In this document: positions 1 through 10,155 of the stretch, piece by piece
How the letters are laid out: each line of letters starts with the position of its first letter
Position numbering within the stretch: the first letter of the stretch is position 1
NCBI GenBank assembly: GCA_965214705.1
Contig: OZ243972.1
Span: 3,680,001 to 3,744,000 of the forward strand
DNA: 64,000 nt
Direction: 5' to 3'
Source: Alphaproteobacteria bacterium
GTDB lineage: Bacteria; Pseudomonadota; Alphaproteobacteria; UBA828
Notes under the pieces: model-generated
The model's input: the letters and a program-made list of their open reading frames with translations, nothing else
Told to the model about the DNA's origin: nothing
The model's database searches: none
Made by a program: the position numbers and the translations under genes

Positions 1-1
1 G

Positions 2-394
2 ACCACGACGCGCGTCTCGGAGAGCGATGGCGCGCGGCTGGAAGTGGTGAGCTACGCGCTCTCCTGGCTCGGCTCCGTGGTCTTCGGCATCGCGCTCGGT
101 GTCTACACGGCGCTGCAGGAGAGCAGCCGGGCCCAGGCGACCGTCGGCAAGCGCATGCTGGGCCTTCGGGTGATGGGGCTCGACGGTGGGCGAATCTCGC
201 TGCTCACGGCGATCCTTCGCTGCTGGCCGCTCTGGCTCCCCGGCCTCATCAGCATGGTCGAGGGCCTGAATTACGTCGTCGGATTTGCGGCCATCGCCGC
301 CTGCATCGCGGTCGCCTTCACCCGCCGCAAGCAGGGCCTGCACGACATGCTGGCGCGCTGTTTGGTGGTGCGCCGGCCGCCCCGTGTCATATAG
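2..394 (+). CDS. RDD family membrane protein, 5'-truncated by window edge
   Basis: Frame open from base 2; ESS..QATVGKRMLGLRV and RKQGLHDMLARCLVV are typical RDD motifs. Confidence 0.85.
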   Translation, partial: TTTRVSESDGARLEVVSYALSWLGSVVFGIALGVYTALQESSRAQATVGKRMLGLRVMGLDGGRISLLTAILRCWPLWLPGLISMVEGLNYVVGFAAIAACIAVAFTRRKQGLHDMLARCLVVRRPPRVI

Positions 395-486
395 GGGCGC
401 GCGGAGGGCACTCGCACCCGCCGGGCTTTTGCGCCATGATCGCGCGCCGGTGAGCGGAGGAGTCGCCGGGGGCAGGGGGCGAAGAC

Positions 487-1416
487 ATGGTCGTCGAGCG
501 CGCGAACGAGCGGGTCTGCTACTTCAACGGGGAGATCGTGCCAGAGAGCCGGGCCCTGGTCTCCTTCCGCGACAGAAGCTTCCGTTATGGCGACGGCGCC
601 TTCGATACCACCCGCACCTTCGGGCACCGCCTGTTCAAGCTGGAAGAGCACATCGTGCGCTTCTACAAGACCTTGCGGTATCTCAGGATCGACCCCGGCA
701 TGGCGCCCTCGGAGATGAAGCGCCACACCGAGGAGGTGCTTGCCCGCAACCTGCACCTGCTCGGGCCGGACGAGGACTACTGGGTCTTCCAGCGCATCTC
801 ACGCGGTCTCGAGCCGGCGGGCGGCGACTTCCACGGCTCGACCGACCCGGTACTCATCATCGACTGCACGCCGCTGCCGATCCCTCAGCGCGCCCACTAT
901 TTCCGCGACGGGATTCCGCTGATGGTGCCCTCGAACCGCCGCGCGGCACCGGATTCGCTCTCCCCCAGGGCGAAGACCCACAACTACTTGAGCCTTTTCG
1001 TCGGCAACGACGAGGTGCGCCGCATCGATCCCAATGCCCTGGCGTTGTTCCTCGATCACAACGGCAATCTCAGCGAGGGCGTCGGCTCCAACATCTTCCT
1101 CGTCACCGACGATGTGCTCTACACCCCGCAGGACCGCTACGTGCTCAACGGCATCAGCCGCGAGACCGTGCTGGAGCTCGCGGCGGAGGCGGACATCGAG
1201 GTGGTGAAGTGCGATCTTGATCTGTTCGACGCGCACGGTGCCGACGAGGCCTTCATCACGTCGACGAGCTACTGCATCTGCCCGGTTTCGACCATCAACG
1301 GGGTGCCCTTCGGCGAGCGGAACATCCCCGGCCCGGTGACGGAGCGTCTGATGGGGCTCTACTGCAAGCTCATCGGATTCGACTTCGTGGGCCAGTACCT
1401 CAAGCACCTTCACTGA
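487..1416 (+). CDS. Aminotransferase class IV (branched-chain/D-amino acid transaminase-like)
   Basis: DRSFRYGDGAFDT, PLP lysine in AKTHNYL, EGVGSNIF, LNGISRE, ADEAFITST. Confidence 0.9.
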   Translation: MVVERANERVCYFNGEIVPESRALVSFRDRSFRYGDGAFDTTRTFGHRLFKLEEHIVRFYKTLRYLRIDPGMAPSEMKRHTEEVLARNLHLLGPDEDYWVFQRISRGLEPAGGDFHGSTDPVLIIDCTPLPIPQRAHYFRDGIPLMVPSNRRAAPDSLSPRAKTHNYLSLFVGNDEVRRIDPNALALFLDHNGNLSEGVGSNIFLVTDDVLYTPQDRYVLNGISRETVLELAAEADIEVVKCDLDLFDAHGADEAFITSTSYCICPVSTINGVPFGERNIPGPVTERLMGLYCKLIGFDFVGQYLKHLH

Positions 1417-1462
1417 TGTAGCGTCCCGCCGACAGCCATGAAGAATAGCAGCGTCCCTTCCC

Positions 1463-1552
1463 CGTCATGGCCGGGCTTGTCCCGGCCATCCACGAAAGCG
1501 CTTCGGCCCGGTGCGGCGCCGCGAGATGCCCGGAATAAATCCGGGCATGACG
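1463..1552. repeat. Alphaproteobacterial palindromic REP/RIME-like element
   Basis: CGTCATGGCCGGGCTTGTCCCGGCCATCCACG ... GATGCCCGGAATAAATCCGGGCATGACG: terminal inverted repeat CGTCATG/CATGACG plus two internal hairpins; second copy at 62784. Confidence 0.85.
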
Positions 1553-1611
1553 CTGGAGGGGTAACGTCGCTCGTGCGCGATTCCGGGACAGGACACTAGG
1601 AGACCGCGTTC

Positions 1612-2580
1612 ATGCTTGAGATCGTCAAGCCGGGACTCGAGACCAGCATCCAGGACTTCCCCGGCCGCGTGGGCTACTGGAACCAGGGCTTCCCGCCGTC
1701 CGGCCCGATGGACATGTGGTCGTTCCGCCTCGCCAATCTCGTGGTCGGCAACGACGAGGGCGCGCCGGGGCTGGAAGCCCAGTTCATGGGGCCGACGATC
1801 AAGTTCCAGCGCGACGGCGTGATCGCCGTGACCGGCGCCAACATGCGCCCGATCCTCGACGGACAGCCGATCCCGATGTGGGAGAGCGTGGCGGTGGATG
1901 CCGGGCAGACGCTCTTGATGGGGCCGGCGATCGCCGGCGCGCGCGGCTATCTCGCGGTGGCGGGCGGCATCGATGCGCCGGAGTGGCTGGGCTCGGCGTC
2001 CACCTTCCACAAGGCCGGGGTCGGCGGGCTCGACGGCCACGCGGTGCGGGCAGGGCAGGTGCTCCCGGTGAAGGAGGCCGCCGGCACGCCGGGGCGGCGC
2101 ATCGCGGACCGCGCGCGGCCGACCTTCCCCGGCGGCAAGACCTGGGAGATCCAGGCGGTGCGGGGGCCGAACGACGACTGGATCGACGACTCCGGCCACG
2201 AGCGCTTCATCGAGACGGCGTGGATGCTGGAGGCCCGGAGCGATCGCACGGGCTATCGTCTGAGCGGGCCGGACTGGACCTTCACCGAGAAGGCCACGAA
2301 CAAGGCGCCGGAGCACGGCGACTTCCCCTCCAACATCATTGATCAGGGCTATCCGCTGGGCGCGGTCAACTTGGGCGGCCAGACGCCAATCATCCTGATG
2401 AACGACGGTCCCAGCATGGGCGGCTTCATCTGCCCCTACACGGTGCCGTCCGCCGGCTTCTGGAAGCTCGGTCAGATGAAGCCCAACGAGTACATCAAGT
2501 TTCGCGAGGTCTCGGTGGGGGAGGCTCAGGCGCTGCGCCTGGCCCTCGACGAGACCTGCACGCTCGACAGCATCGAATAA
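1612..2580 (+). CDS. Biotin-dependent carboxyltransferase family protein (allophanate hydrolase subunit 2/PxpC-like)
   Basis: PGLETSIQDFPGR, GFPPSGPMD, ANLVVGN, SDRTGYRL, DGPSMGGF. Confidence 0.9.
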   Translation: MLEIVKPGLETSIQDFPGRVGYWNQGFPPSGPMDMWSFRLANLVVGNDEGAPGLEAQFMGPTIKFQRDGVIAVTGANMRPILDGQPIPMWESVAVDAGQTLLMGPAIAGARGYLAVAGGIDAPEWLGSASTFHKAGVGGLDGHAVRAGQVLPVKEAAGTPGRRIADRARPTFPGGKTWEIQAVRGPNDDWIDDSGHERFIETAWMLEARSDRTGYRLSGPDWTFTEKATNKAPEHGDFPSNIIDQGYPLGAVNLGGQTPIILMNDGPSMGGFICPYTVPSAGFWKLGQMKPNEYIKFREVSVGEAQALRLALDETCTLDSIE

Positions 2581-2594
2581 GAGGAGATCGGTCG

Positions 2595-2810
2595 ATGGCG
2601 GAAGAGGTTCTGACCCAGGCGCCGGGCAACGTGTGGAAGGTCCTGGTGAAGGAAGGCGATTCGGTCAAGGCCGGCGACACCCTGTTCATCCTCGAGGTGA
2701 TGAAGACCGAGGTGCCCCACGACGCCGAGGGCGACGGCACGGTCAAGGCGCTCCACGTCAAGGAGGAAGACGCCGTCGACGTGGGCCAACTCGCGGTGGT
2801 GATCGAATAG
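2595..2810 (+). CDS. Stand-alone biotin/lipoyl carrier domain protein
   Basis: 71 aa; PGNVWKVLVKEGD..LEVMKTE (biotinyl-Lys MK motif); RBS GAGGAG. Confidence 0.9.
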   Translation: MAEEVLTQAPGNVWKVLVKEGDSVKAGDTLFILEVMKTEVPHDAEGDGTVKALHVKEEDAVDVGQLAVVIE

Positions 2811-2850
2811 TCCGCGCGCGGGCGGTTCCGCCGGCGGCCGGGGCGGGCGC

Positions 2851-4101
2851 ATGCGGGTCCTGGTACTTGGCGCCGGCGTGGTCGGCACCGCCGCGGCCTA
2901 CTTCCTGAACGAGGCCGGCCACGAGGTCACCGTGGTCGAGCGTCAGGCCGGCGCCGGGCTGGAGACCAGCTTCGCCAACGGCGGCATCGTCGGCGCCTAC
3001 AGCTCCAGGCCCTGGGCGCACCCCGAAGTGCCCCGCATGCTGATCAAGTGGTTCGGGCGCGAGGATGCGCCCTACCTGTTCCGCCTGCGCCCCGACCTCG
3101 CCCAGTGGAGCTGGGCCGTGAGCTTCTTGCGCCACTGCACGCGGGCGCAGTTCGAGCGCTCCCAGCAGGTCTCGCTCAGACTGTCCACCTACAGCTACGA
3201 CTGCCTGAAGGCGCTGCGCGAGAAGGAGGGGATCGCCTACGATCAGCGGGCGGAAGGAGTGCTCCACCTCTACCGCGATACCGCGTCGCTGGATGCGTCC
3301 TACGCTTACGAAACGCGGATGGCGGACACCCGCTTCCACCCGGAGCGCCTGGATCGCGACCAGATGCTCGCAGCCGAGCCCGCGCTGCAGCAGACGGCGG
3401 ACCAGTTCGCGGGCGCCACCTTCTTCCGCAACGACGAGTCCGGCGATGCGCACAAGTTTACGACGGGCCTTGCCGCGGCCGCGGTCGCAAACGGCGCAAC
3501 GTTTCGCTTCGGCGAGACGGTGCGGCGGCTCACCGGCGACCGCCGGCGCGTGACCGGGGCCGAGACCGACAAGGGCGCCATCGAGGCCGACGCGGTGGTG
3601 ATGAGCCTCGCGAGCTACAGCCCGCGCTTCCTCAAGCGGCTCGGCGTGCGCGTGCCGATCTATCCGCTCAAGGGCTACTCGGTAACGATCCCGACGGCGG
3701 GCTACAACGGGGCGCCCACCCGCGCCATCCACGACGGCCACCGGCGCATCGTGATGAGCCGGCTGGGCGACCGGCTGCGTTGCGCCGGCACCGCCGAGCT
3801 CGACGGCCACAACGCGACCATCCGCGCCGACCGGGCGAGGGCGACGCTGGACGCGGCGATGGCAGTGTTCCCGAGCTGCGGCGACCGCACCAAGGCCGAG
3901 CGCTGGATCGGCTTCCGCCCGATGACGCCGGATTGCCTGCCGATCATCGGCAAGACGCAGGTTCCGGGGCTCTACCTGGACACCGGCCACGGCAGCACCG
4001 GCTGGACCTACTCGTCGGGCTCGGGCCGGATCATTGCGGACATCGTCTCGGGCCGCGAGCCTGGCATCGACTTAGCGGGCCTGCGGCCGGATCGGTTTTA
4101 G
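2851..4101 (+). CDS. dadA: D-amino acid dehydrogenase (DadA family)
   Basis: GAGVVG FAD motif, ETSFANGG, IYPLKGYS, GFRPMTPD, GHGSTGWT. Confidence 0.85.
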   Translation: MRVLVLGAGVVGTAAAYFLNEAGHEVTVVERQAGAGLETSFANGGIVGAYSSRPWAHPEVPRMLIKWFGREDAPYLFRLRPDLAQWSWAVSFLRHCTRAQFERSQQVSLRLSTYSYDCLKALREKEGIAYDQRAEGVLHLYRDTASLDASYAYETRMADTRFHPERLDRDQMLAAEPALQQTADQFAGATFFRNDESGDAHKFTTGLAAAAVANGATFRFGETVRRLTGDRRRVTGAETDKGAIEADAVVMSLASYSPRFLKRLGVRVPIYPLKGYSVTIPTAGYNGAPTRAIHDGHRRIVMSRLGDRLRCAGTAELDGHNATIRADRARATLDAAMAVFPSCGDRTKAERWIGFRPMTPDCLPIIGKTQVPGLYLDTGHGSTGWTYSSGSGRIIADIVSGREPGIDLAGLRPDRF

Positions 4102-4140
4102 CGTCTCTGCGGTCTAAGCACAGGCAGGGTTCCCGGCCGG

Positions 4141-7100
4141 TCAGGCGTCGCCGTTCCCCAGAAGGCGATCGTAGTGCCCGGCGGTGCGGGCCGCGGTCTC
4201 GCGCATCGCCTCCTTGAGCGAATCGATGTTGGTCACGTCGCAGGCCCGCTCGATCACGGCGAGCAGCGCCGGCGGCGCCGTCGCTTCGACGAAGCCTTCT
4301 TCAACCGTCAGGCTCAGGATGCCGTGCAGGTTGCGCCATAGCGTCGACGCATCGGCGAGTTCCTGCGCCGCTTCGGGCTCGATCAGGCCGTGGTTGCCCG
4401 CAGCCTCGAAGACCGCGGCCGAGTTGCCGGCGAGAACGCCGTCGGTCTCCGCGGCATGCGACAGTTGCAGGTACTGCGCGACGAATTCCGTATCGAGCAG
4501 GCCGCCACGCTTCTGTTCGATCGCCCAGATATCTTCGTCTGCACTCTCGCCCCGCACCTCCTCGCGCAAGGTCGCGAGCTGGGCGGCGAGGTCTTCGGGC
4601 GGGGGCGCGTTTGCGAGCGCGGCGCGGCGCGCGTCCTCGAAACGCTCTCCCAGATCGCCTTCCGCCCAGACCACACGCGCGCGTGTGAGCGCTTGGTGCT
4701 GCCAGGCCGGAACGACTGCGCCGAAGTGCTCGATGAAGGCCTCGAGCGAGGTGACGATGGGCCCGGCGTTGCCGGACGGGCGCGGGCGCATGTCCACGTC
4801 GTAGAGCGTGCCCTCTGCCGTCGCTGCCCTGATCGCCGCGACGTAGCGCCGGCTCAGCTGCCCGTAATAGCGATCGGGTGCCAGCGCCTTGCGCCCGTCG
4901 GATTCCATCGCGTTCGCCGGGTGGTCGTAGACCAGCATGAGGTCGAGCGGCGACGTCACCGTCATTTCCCGACTGCCGAGGCGGCCCAACGCGACCACGG
5001 CGAGTTGGCCGCCGGGGACGCGGCCGTGGCTGGCCGCGAAGGACTTGGCGACGACGGGCCACGTCGCGTCGAGGCAGGCGTCCGCAATGTCGGAGAGAGG
5101 AGCCGCCGCCTCGACCGGGAAGAGCAGCCCGCGCAGCATGTGCACGCCGATGTGGAAGATCTTGTCGTTGGCCCAGCGCCGCTCGGCATCGAGGAAGTCC
5201 TGCAGGTCCCGCTCCCGCAGCGCGATGTCGCCGAGCTCGGCCTTCATTTCCTCGGTGCCGAACTCGCGCTGGTAGAACACGCGGACGAGGCCCCGCCGGG
5301 CGATGGTGGCGAGTTCCGGCCCTAGGTCGTCGGCATCCGGCACGTCCAGGTCGGAGAACTCCCGGCTCAGCACGCTGTCGAGCAGCATGGGTCGGTGCTC
5401 AAGCCAGCCCGCGAGGCGGGGCGCGGAACCCATGATCTCGGTGATCAGGTCGAACAGCTCGGGATGAGCGGCGAACATCGAGAAGAGGTGAGAGCCGGCC
5501 GGCAGGCGGGCGAGAAAGCCGTCGAAGAGAGCGAGCGCCGAATCGGGATCGGGCCAGGCGGCGAAGAGGTCCAGGATCGTCGGCAGCAACTCCGCCAGCC
5601 GCTCGCGGGCTTCCTCGCCGCGCACCGCCCGGTAGCGCCCCTCGTGCCAGGCCTTGAGCGTCTCGAACGCGCGCTCCGGATGGGCGTAGCCCATGCTGGC
5701 GAGAGTCTCTAGCGTGGCATCGCCATCACCGTCGGGACTGAGGTCGAGGGTGCCGGTCGCGGTGAGCGACGGCTCGTCCTCGAACAGCGTCGCGTAGTGA
5801 CGTTCCACCGTGCGCAGGTGGGCGAGCAGGGCCTCGGTGAAGTCGTCGAGACTGTCGTAGCCGAGGAACGTGGCCACCTGCGCCACGCCGTCCTCGTCGT
5901 CTGGCAGGCTGTGGGTCTGACGGTCGTCCGCCATCTGCAGCCGGTGCTCGACCGTGCGGTGGAAGGTGTAGGCTTCCATCAGCTCTTCCACCGCCTGGCG
6001 GCGCATGTGGCCGGCTTCCACCAGGAGGTCGAAGGCCTGCCGCGTCCCGCGCACCCGTAGCGCCGGGTCGCGCCCACCCCAGATGAGCTGCTGAGTCTGG
6101 GCCAGGAACTCGATCTCGCGGATACCGCCACGCCCGAGCTTGACATTGTGGCCGACCACGGCGATCTGGCCGATACCGCGGTGGGCGTCGATCTGGCGCT
6201 TGATCGCGCGGATGTTCTGGATTGCGGCGAAGTCGAGATGACGGCGCCAGACGAAGGGTTGCAGGCGGTCGAGGAAGCCGTTGCCAGCCTCGATGTCGCC
6301 GGCCACCGGCTTCGCCTTGATCATGGCGGCCCGCTCCCAGTTCTCGCCGGTGGTGGCGTAGTAGGCCTCGGCGGCACGGACCGAGAGAGCCGCGGCGGTG
6401 GAGGCGGGGTCGGGGCGGAGGCGGAGGTCGGTGCGGAAGACGTAGCCGTCCGCGGTCCGTTCGTCCATGATCGTGACCAGATGGCGGGCGAGGCGGGCGA
6501 AGATCTGCTGCAGCCCGTCGCCGCTCGGGTCGGACGCGATCTCCTCGTCGAAGAGGACGATGATGTCCACGTCGCTGGAATAGTTGAGCTCGCCCGCGCC
6601 GAGCTTACCCATGCCGAGGATGATGAGCCCGGAGCCCTGCTCGGGCACGTCCGGGTCGGGCAGCGCGAGCTTGCCGCGGTCGTGCAGGTTCCGCAGCAGG
6701 TGGGTGCAGACGGCGCTGAGCGTCACCGAGGCGATGTCGGAGAGCGCGCCGGTGACCCGCTCCAGCGGCCAGACCGCGGCGATGTCGGCCATGCCGATGG
6801 CGAGGCTGGCGCGGCGCTTCGCCACCCGCAGGCGCTTCATTATCTGCTGGCGTGATTCCTCGCCGAGGGCGCTGGTGTCCGCCGCCAGCGCGCGCGCAGC
6901 GGCGTAGGCGGCCTCCGCCCCCTGCTCGATCAGTATTTGCGCGAATTCCTGGTCGGCAGTGAGGCAATGGCTGAGGTAGCGGCTGTTGCCGAAGAGAGCC
7001 GCGAGCAGCGCGTTGGTGGTGGCGTCGGCTTCGCTCGCCTCGGCGAAAGCGATGAGGCCCGCGTCCTCGCTGCGGGCCGCGTTCTCGCGCCAGCGCTCCC

Positions 7101-7176
7101 AGCAAAGCGCGAGTGCCGCCTCGTCCGCAGGCAGGGGAGGCCGGGCCGCCTCCTTCCATTCAGGCGCTATGTTCAC
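4141..7176 (-). CDS. glnE: Bifunctional glutamine synthetase adenylyltransferase/adenylyl-removing enzyme
   Basis: 1011 aa with two nucleotidyltransferase repeats: GMGKLGAGELNYSSDVD, DLRLRPD, WERAAMIKA, NVKLGRGGIREIEF; second repeat degenerate (see findings). Confidence 0.95.
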   Translation of the reverse strand: MNIAPEWKEAARPPLPADEAALALCWERWRENAARSEDAGLIAFAEASEADATTNALLAALFGNSRYLSHCLTADQEFAQILIEQGAEAAYAAARALAADTSALGEESRQQIMKRLRVAKRRASLAIGMADIAAVWPLERVTGALSDIASVTLSAVCTHLLRNLHDRGKLALPDPDVPEQGSGLIILGMGKLGAGELNYSSDVDIIVLFDEEIASDPSGDGLQQIFARLARHLVTIMDERTADGYVFRTDLRLRPDPASTAAALSVRAAEAYYATTGENWERAAMIKAKPVAGDIEAGNGFLDRLQPFVWRRHLDFAAIQNIRAIKRQIDAHRGIGQIAVVGHNVKLGRGGIREIEFLAQTQQLIWGGRDPALRVRGTRQAFDLLVEAGHMRRQAVEELMEAYTFHRTVEHRLQMADDRQTHSLPDDEDGVAQVATFLGYDSLDDFTEALLAHLRTVERHYATLFEDEPSLTATGTLDLSPDGDGDATLETLASMGYAHPERAFETLKAWHEGRYRAVRGEEARERLAELLPTILDLFAAWPDPDSALALFDGFLARLPAGSHLFSMFAAHPELFDLITEIMGSAPRLAGWLEHRPMLLDSVLSREFSDLDVPDADDLGPELATIARRGLVRVFYQREFGTEEMKAELGDIALRERDLQDFLDAERRWANDKIFHIGVHMLRGLLFPVEAAAPLSDIADACLDATWPVVAKSFAASHGRVPGGQLAVVALGRLGSREMTVTSPLDLMLVYDHPANAMESDGRKALAPDRYYGQLSRRYVAAIRAATAEGTLYDVDMRPRPSGNAGPIVTSLEAFIEHFGAVVPAWQHQALTRARVVWAEGDLGERFEDARRAALANAPPPEDLAAQLATLREEVRGESADEDIWAIEQKRGGLLDTEFVAQYLQLSHAAETDGVLAGNSAAVFEAAGNHGLIEPEAAQELADASTLWRNLHGILSLTVEEGFVEATAPPALLAVIERACDVTNIDSLKEAMRETAARTAGHYDRLLGNGDA

Positions 7177-7244
7177 GGGCTCTCTCGGGCCATCATGGGT
7201 TTGCGCCCCGGATGACGGGGGCAGGTGAGGGGGAGGAATTCGAC

Positions 7245-8075
7245 ATGCCGAAGGTCATGGCCAACGGAATCAATATGTACTACGAGCTGATGGGCAAAGG
7301 CGACCCGTTGGCGCTGATCGGCGGCTCGCTTTTCGGGCGACAGAACTTCGCGATGGTATGGGAGGGGCTGGCCGAGGAGTTTCAGCTCATCAGCTACGAC
7401 CAGCGGGGCTACGGGCAGACTGACCGCCCCCTGATGCGCTACGACCTCGATATCTGGGCCGACGATCTGGCGGCGCTGCTCGACGAGCTTCAGATCGAGC
7501 GCGCGCACGTGATGGGCACCTCGGCCGGCGGCATGATCGCGCTGAAGTTCGCGGCGAAGTATCCCGACCGCTGCATCGGCGTGGTCAGCGACTGCGCGTT
7601 TGCGAAGTGCGACACCATGCGGCGCATCATGTTCCGCACCTGGCGCCACATGGCGCAGACCTGGGGCTGTGGCCCCGAGTTCGCCGATCACGTGGTGACC
7701 CAGGCGGTCGGCGCGGATTTCCTCGACGGGCCCAACGGCCAGCCGCTGATCGAGATGGTGCGCACCATCGTGGGGCTGAATGCGGTGGAGACCGTGGTCC
7801 AGGCCTGCATCGCCATGGAGGAGATGGACCTGCGCGAGGACTGCAGGAAGATCAGGAACCCGACGCTGGTGATCACGGCGGCGAAGGACATGCTGACCCC
7901 CATGGTGACCGGGCCTGAAGGCGCCGGCGCGCAATGGGTGGTGGACAACGTGCCGGGCTGCGAGGCGATCGTCTACGAGGACATCGGCCACGCCGACCTG
8001 GTCGAATGCCCGGAGAAGACCATCGCATCGGCCACCGCCTTCCTCCACCGCGCGAAGGAGACGGTGCTGAGCTAG
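7245..8075 (+). CDS. Alpha/beta fold hydrolase
   Basis: ATG 7245 after GGAGG; YDQRGYGQT, nucleophile GTSAGG, C-terminal GH. Confidence 0.9.
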   Translation: MPKVMANGINMYYELMGKGDPLALIGGSLFGRQNFAMVWEGLAEEFQLISYDQRGYGQTDRPLMRYDLDIWADDLAALLDELQIERAHVMGTSAGGMIALKFAAKYPDRCIGVVSDCAFAKCDTMRRIMFRTWRHMAQTWGCGPEFADHVVTQAVGADFLDGPNGQPLIEMVRTIVGLNAVETVVQACIAMEEMDLREDCRKIRNPTLVITAAKDMLTPMVTGPEGAGAQWVVDNVPGCEAIVYEDIGHADLVECPEKTIASATAFLHRAKETVLS

Positions 8076-8178
8076 GGGCGGTGGCGCGGCGCCGATACCG
8101 GCTGCGGTCACAACTGCGCTTTCCCGCGCTTGATGCGACGCGCCACGATGTGCATGTTTCGGCCAGAGGGGAAATGCC

Positions 8179-8376
8179 ATGCGAAAGAAGCTGAACGCAT
8201 CAGGGCCCGGGGGCCCGAGGTCCAGTTGTCACAGCAAGGCCTCTCCGGCGCTCGCGAACAAGGGAAGCACATCAACCAAGCCCAAGGCGCTCCGTGTTTC
8301 GTCGACTTCCCAGCGAGTGATCGAGAAGACCTCGGTCAAGCGGAGAGAGGCTATGAAGGCGCTGGCAAATCGGTAA
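8179..8376 (+). CDS. Putative antitoxin of the Doc toxin
   Basis: 65 aa basic ORF overlapping the toxin; C-terminus [11 protein letters not shown] resembles the helix of Doc-neutralising antitoxins. Confidence 0.55.
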   Translation: MRKKLNASGPGGPRSSCHSKASPALANKGSTSTKPKALRVSSTSQRVIEKTSVKRREAMKALANR

Positions 8377-8755
8377 GAGGCATTACCGGGTAACGTGGGC
8401 CGATGCGGTTTATGGCCACGACGAGGCGCTGAAGGATGGCGGCAGACCTGGCCTTCTTAACGAACACGGCATTCTATCCGCGCTCGCTCGTCCTTATGAC
8501 GGTTACCATCGGCGGATACACGAAAAAGCGGCCGCTCTGCTTCACGGCGTCGTCTGCAATCATGGCTTCATGGATGCGAACAAGCGCACGGCTTTGTACT
8601 TGGTCGAGCTATTGGTGCAACGCAGCGGCTATGAATTCGTCGAAACTGACGAAGAAGTCGTCGAAACAATTCTCGCTGTTGCCAGGGGCGAAGTGGGATA
8701 CGAAGAACTGACTGCTTGGTTTAGGGAACGTATCGTTCGGATCGACCCGAAGTGA
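8369..8755 (+). CDS. doc: Doc/Fic family toxin (start probably non-canonical ATC)
   Basis: Frame open from 8357: [37 protein letters not shown] (Doc motif HxFxD[A/G]NKR); the ORF track shows only the C-terminal half. Confidence 0.8.
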   Translation: MGKRHYRVTWADAVYGHDEALKDGGRPGLLNEHGILSALARPYDGYHRRIHEKAAALLHGVVCNHGFMDANKRTALYLVELLVQRSGYEFVETDEEVVETILAVARGEVGYEELTAWFRERIVRIDPK

Positions 8756-8831
8756 CCGGTCCGGTGGCTGGCGTAGGCGGGCTGTGGTAGACAGCGGCCG
8801 ATGGAGTCCCCGGCCGGCTGGAGGAGCGGAT

Positions 8832-10118
8832 ATGGCGACGAACGGCTCCGGTGAGGGACGGCGCGAGAGCGTCGGTGTCAGGGTCGGCAGCGTTACGATC
8901 GGCGGCGGCGCGCCGGTCGTCGTCCAGTCCATGACCAACACCGACACCGAAGACGCCCGCGCCACGGCTGAGCAGGTCAGGGCGCTGGCCGATGCGGGCT
9001 CGGAGATCGTGCGTATCACGGTCAACACACCGGAGGCCGCCGCCGCAGTGCCCGACATTCGCGAGCGGCTGGAGGCGGCAGGCTGCCACGTGCCGCTGGT
9101 CGGCGACTTTCATTACAACGGCCATCGGCTTCTCACCGAGTATCCGGCCTGTGCCGAGGCTCTGGCCAAGTACCGGATCAATCCGGGCAACGTCGGCTTC
9201 CGCGAGAAGCGCGACCGGCAGTTCCAGACCATGATCGAGGTCGCGCTCAAGTACGACCGGCCGGTGCGCATCGGGGTCAACTGGGGCAGCCTCGACCAGG
9301 ATCTGCTGGCGCAGCTTATGGACGAGAACGCAGCCCGGCCCGAGCCCAAGGACGCCGCCGGGGTCATGCGCGAAGCGCTGGTCGAGTCGGGCCTGCGCAG
9401 CGCGGCGCTGGCCGAGGAGATCGGGCTCGCGCGGGAGAAGATCGTGATCTCGGCCAAGGTCTCGCAGGTGCAGGACCTGATCGCGGTCTACGGCGAGCTC
9501 GGCGCGCGCAGCGACTATGCGCTGCATCTCGGGCTTACCGAGGCGGGCATGGGCTCCAAGGGCATCGTCGCGTCCACCGCCGCGCTCTCGGTGCTGCTGC
9601 AGCAGGGCATCGGCGACACCATCCGCATCTCGCTCACGCCCGAGCCCGGCGGCGACCGCACCCAGGAGGTGATCGTCGCGCAGGAAATCTTGCAGACCAT
9701 GGGCTTCCGCTCGTTCGTGCCGCTGGTGGCGGCGTGTCCCGGCTGCGGGCGCACCACGAGCACGGTGTTCCAGGAGCTCGCCGAGCGCATCCAGGGCTAC
9801 GTGCGCCGGCAGATGCCGATCTGGCGCGAGACCTATGAGGGGGTCGAATCCATGCAGCTCGCGGTCATGGGCTGCATCGTCAATGGGCCCGGCGAGAGCA
9901 AGCATGCCGATATCGGCATCAGCCTGCCGGGGACCGGCGAGGCGCCGGCGGCGCCGGTCTTCATCGACGGCAAGAAGGCGGTGACGCTGCGCGGCGCGGG
10001 CATCGCCGAGGAATTTCAGAAGATCGTCGCCGACTACGTGGCCAGCCGTTATCCGCGTCGCGCCGGCGCGGGTGACGCGGACGGGGCAGGGGACGCCCAC
10101 CGGCAGCAGGCCGGCTAA
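8832..10118 (+). CDS. ispG: (E)-4-hydroxy-3-methylbut-2-enyl-diphosphate synthase
   Basis: [50 protein letters not shown]. Confidence 0.97.
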   Translation: MATNGSGEGRRESVGVRVGSVTIGGGAPVVVQSMTNTDTEDARATAEQVRALADAGSEIVRITVNTPEAAAAVPDIRERLEAAGCHVPLVGDFHYNGHRLLTEYPACAEALAKYRINPGNVGFREKRDRQFQTMIEVALKYDRPVRIGVNWGSLDQDLLAQLMDENAARPEPKDAAGVMREALVESGLRSAALAEEIGLAREKIVISAKVSQVQDLIAVYGELGARSDYALHLGLTEAGMGSKGIVASTAALSVLLQQGIGDTIRISLTPEPGGDRTQEVIVAQEILQTMGFRSFVPLVAACPGCGRTTSTVFQELAERIQGYVRRQMPIWRETYEGVESMQLAVMGCIVNGPGESKHADIGISLPGTGEAPAAPVFIDGKKAVTLRGAGIAEEFQKIVADYVASRYPRRAGAGDADGAGDAHRQQAG

Positions 10119-10155
10119 GGCGTCCCAGCCGCCGCCGGCTACTCCCCAAGCAAGC

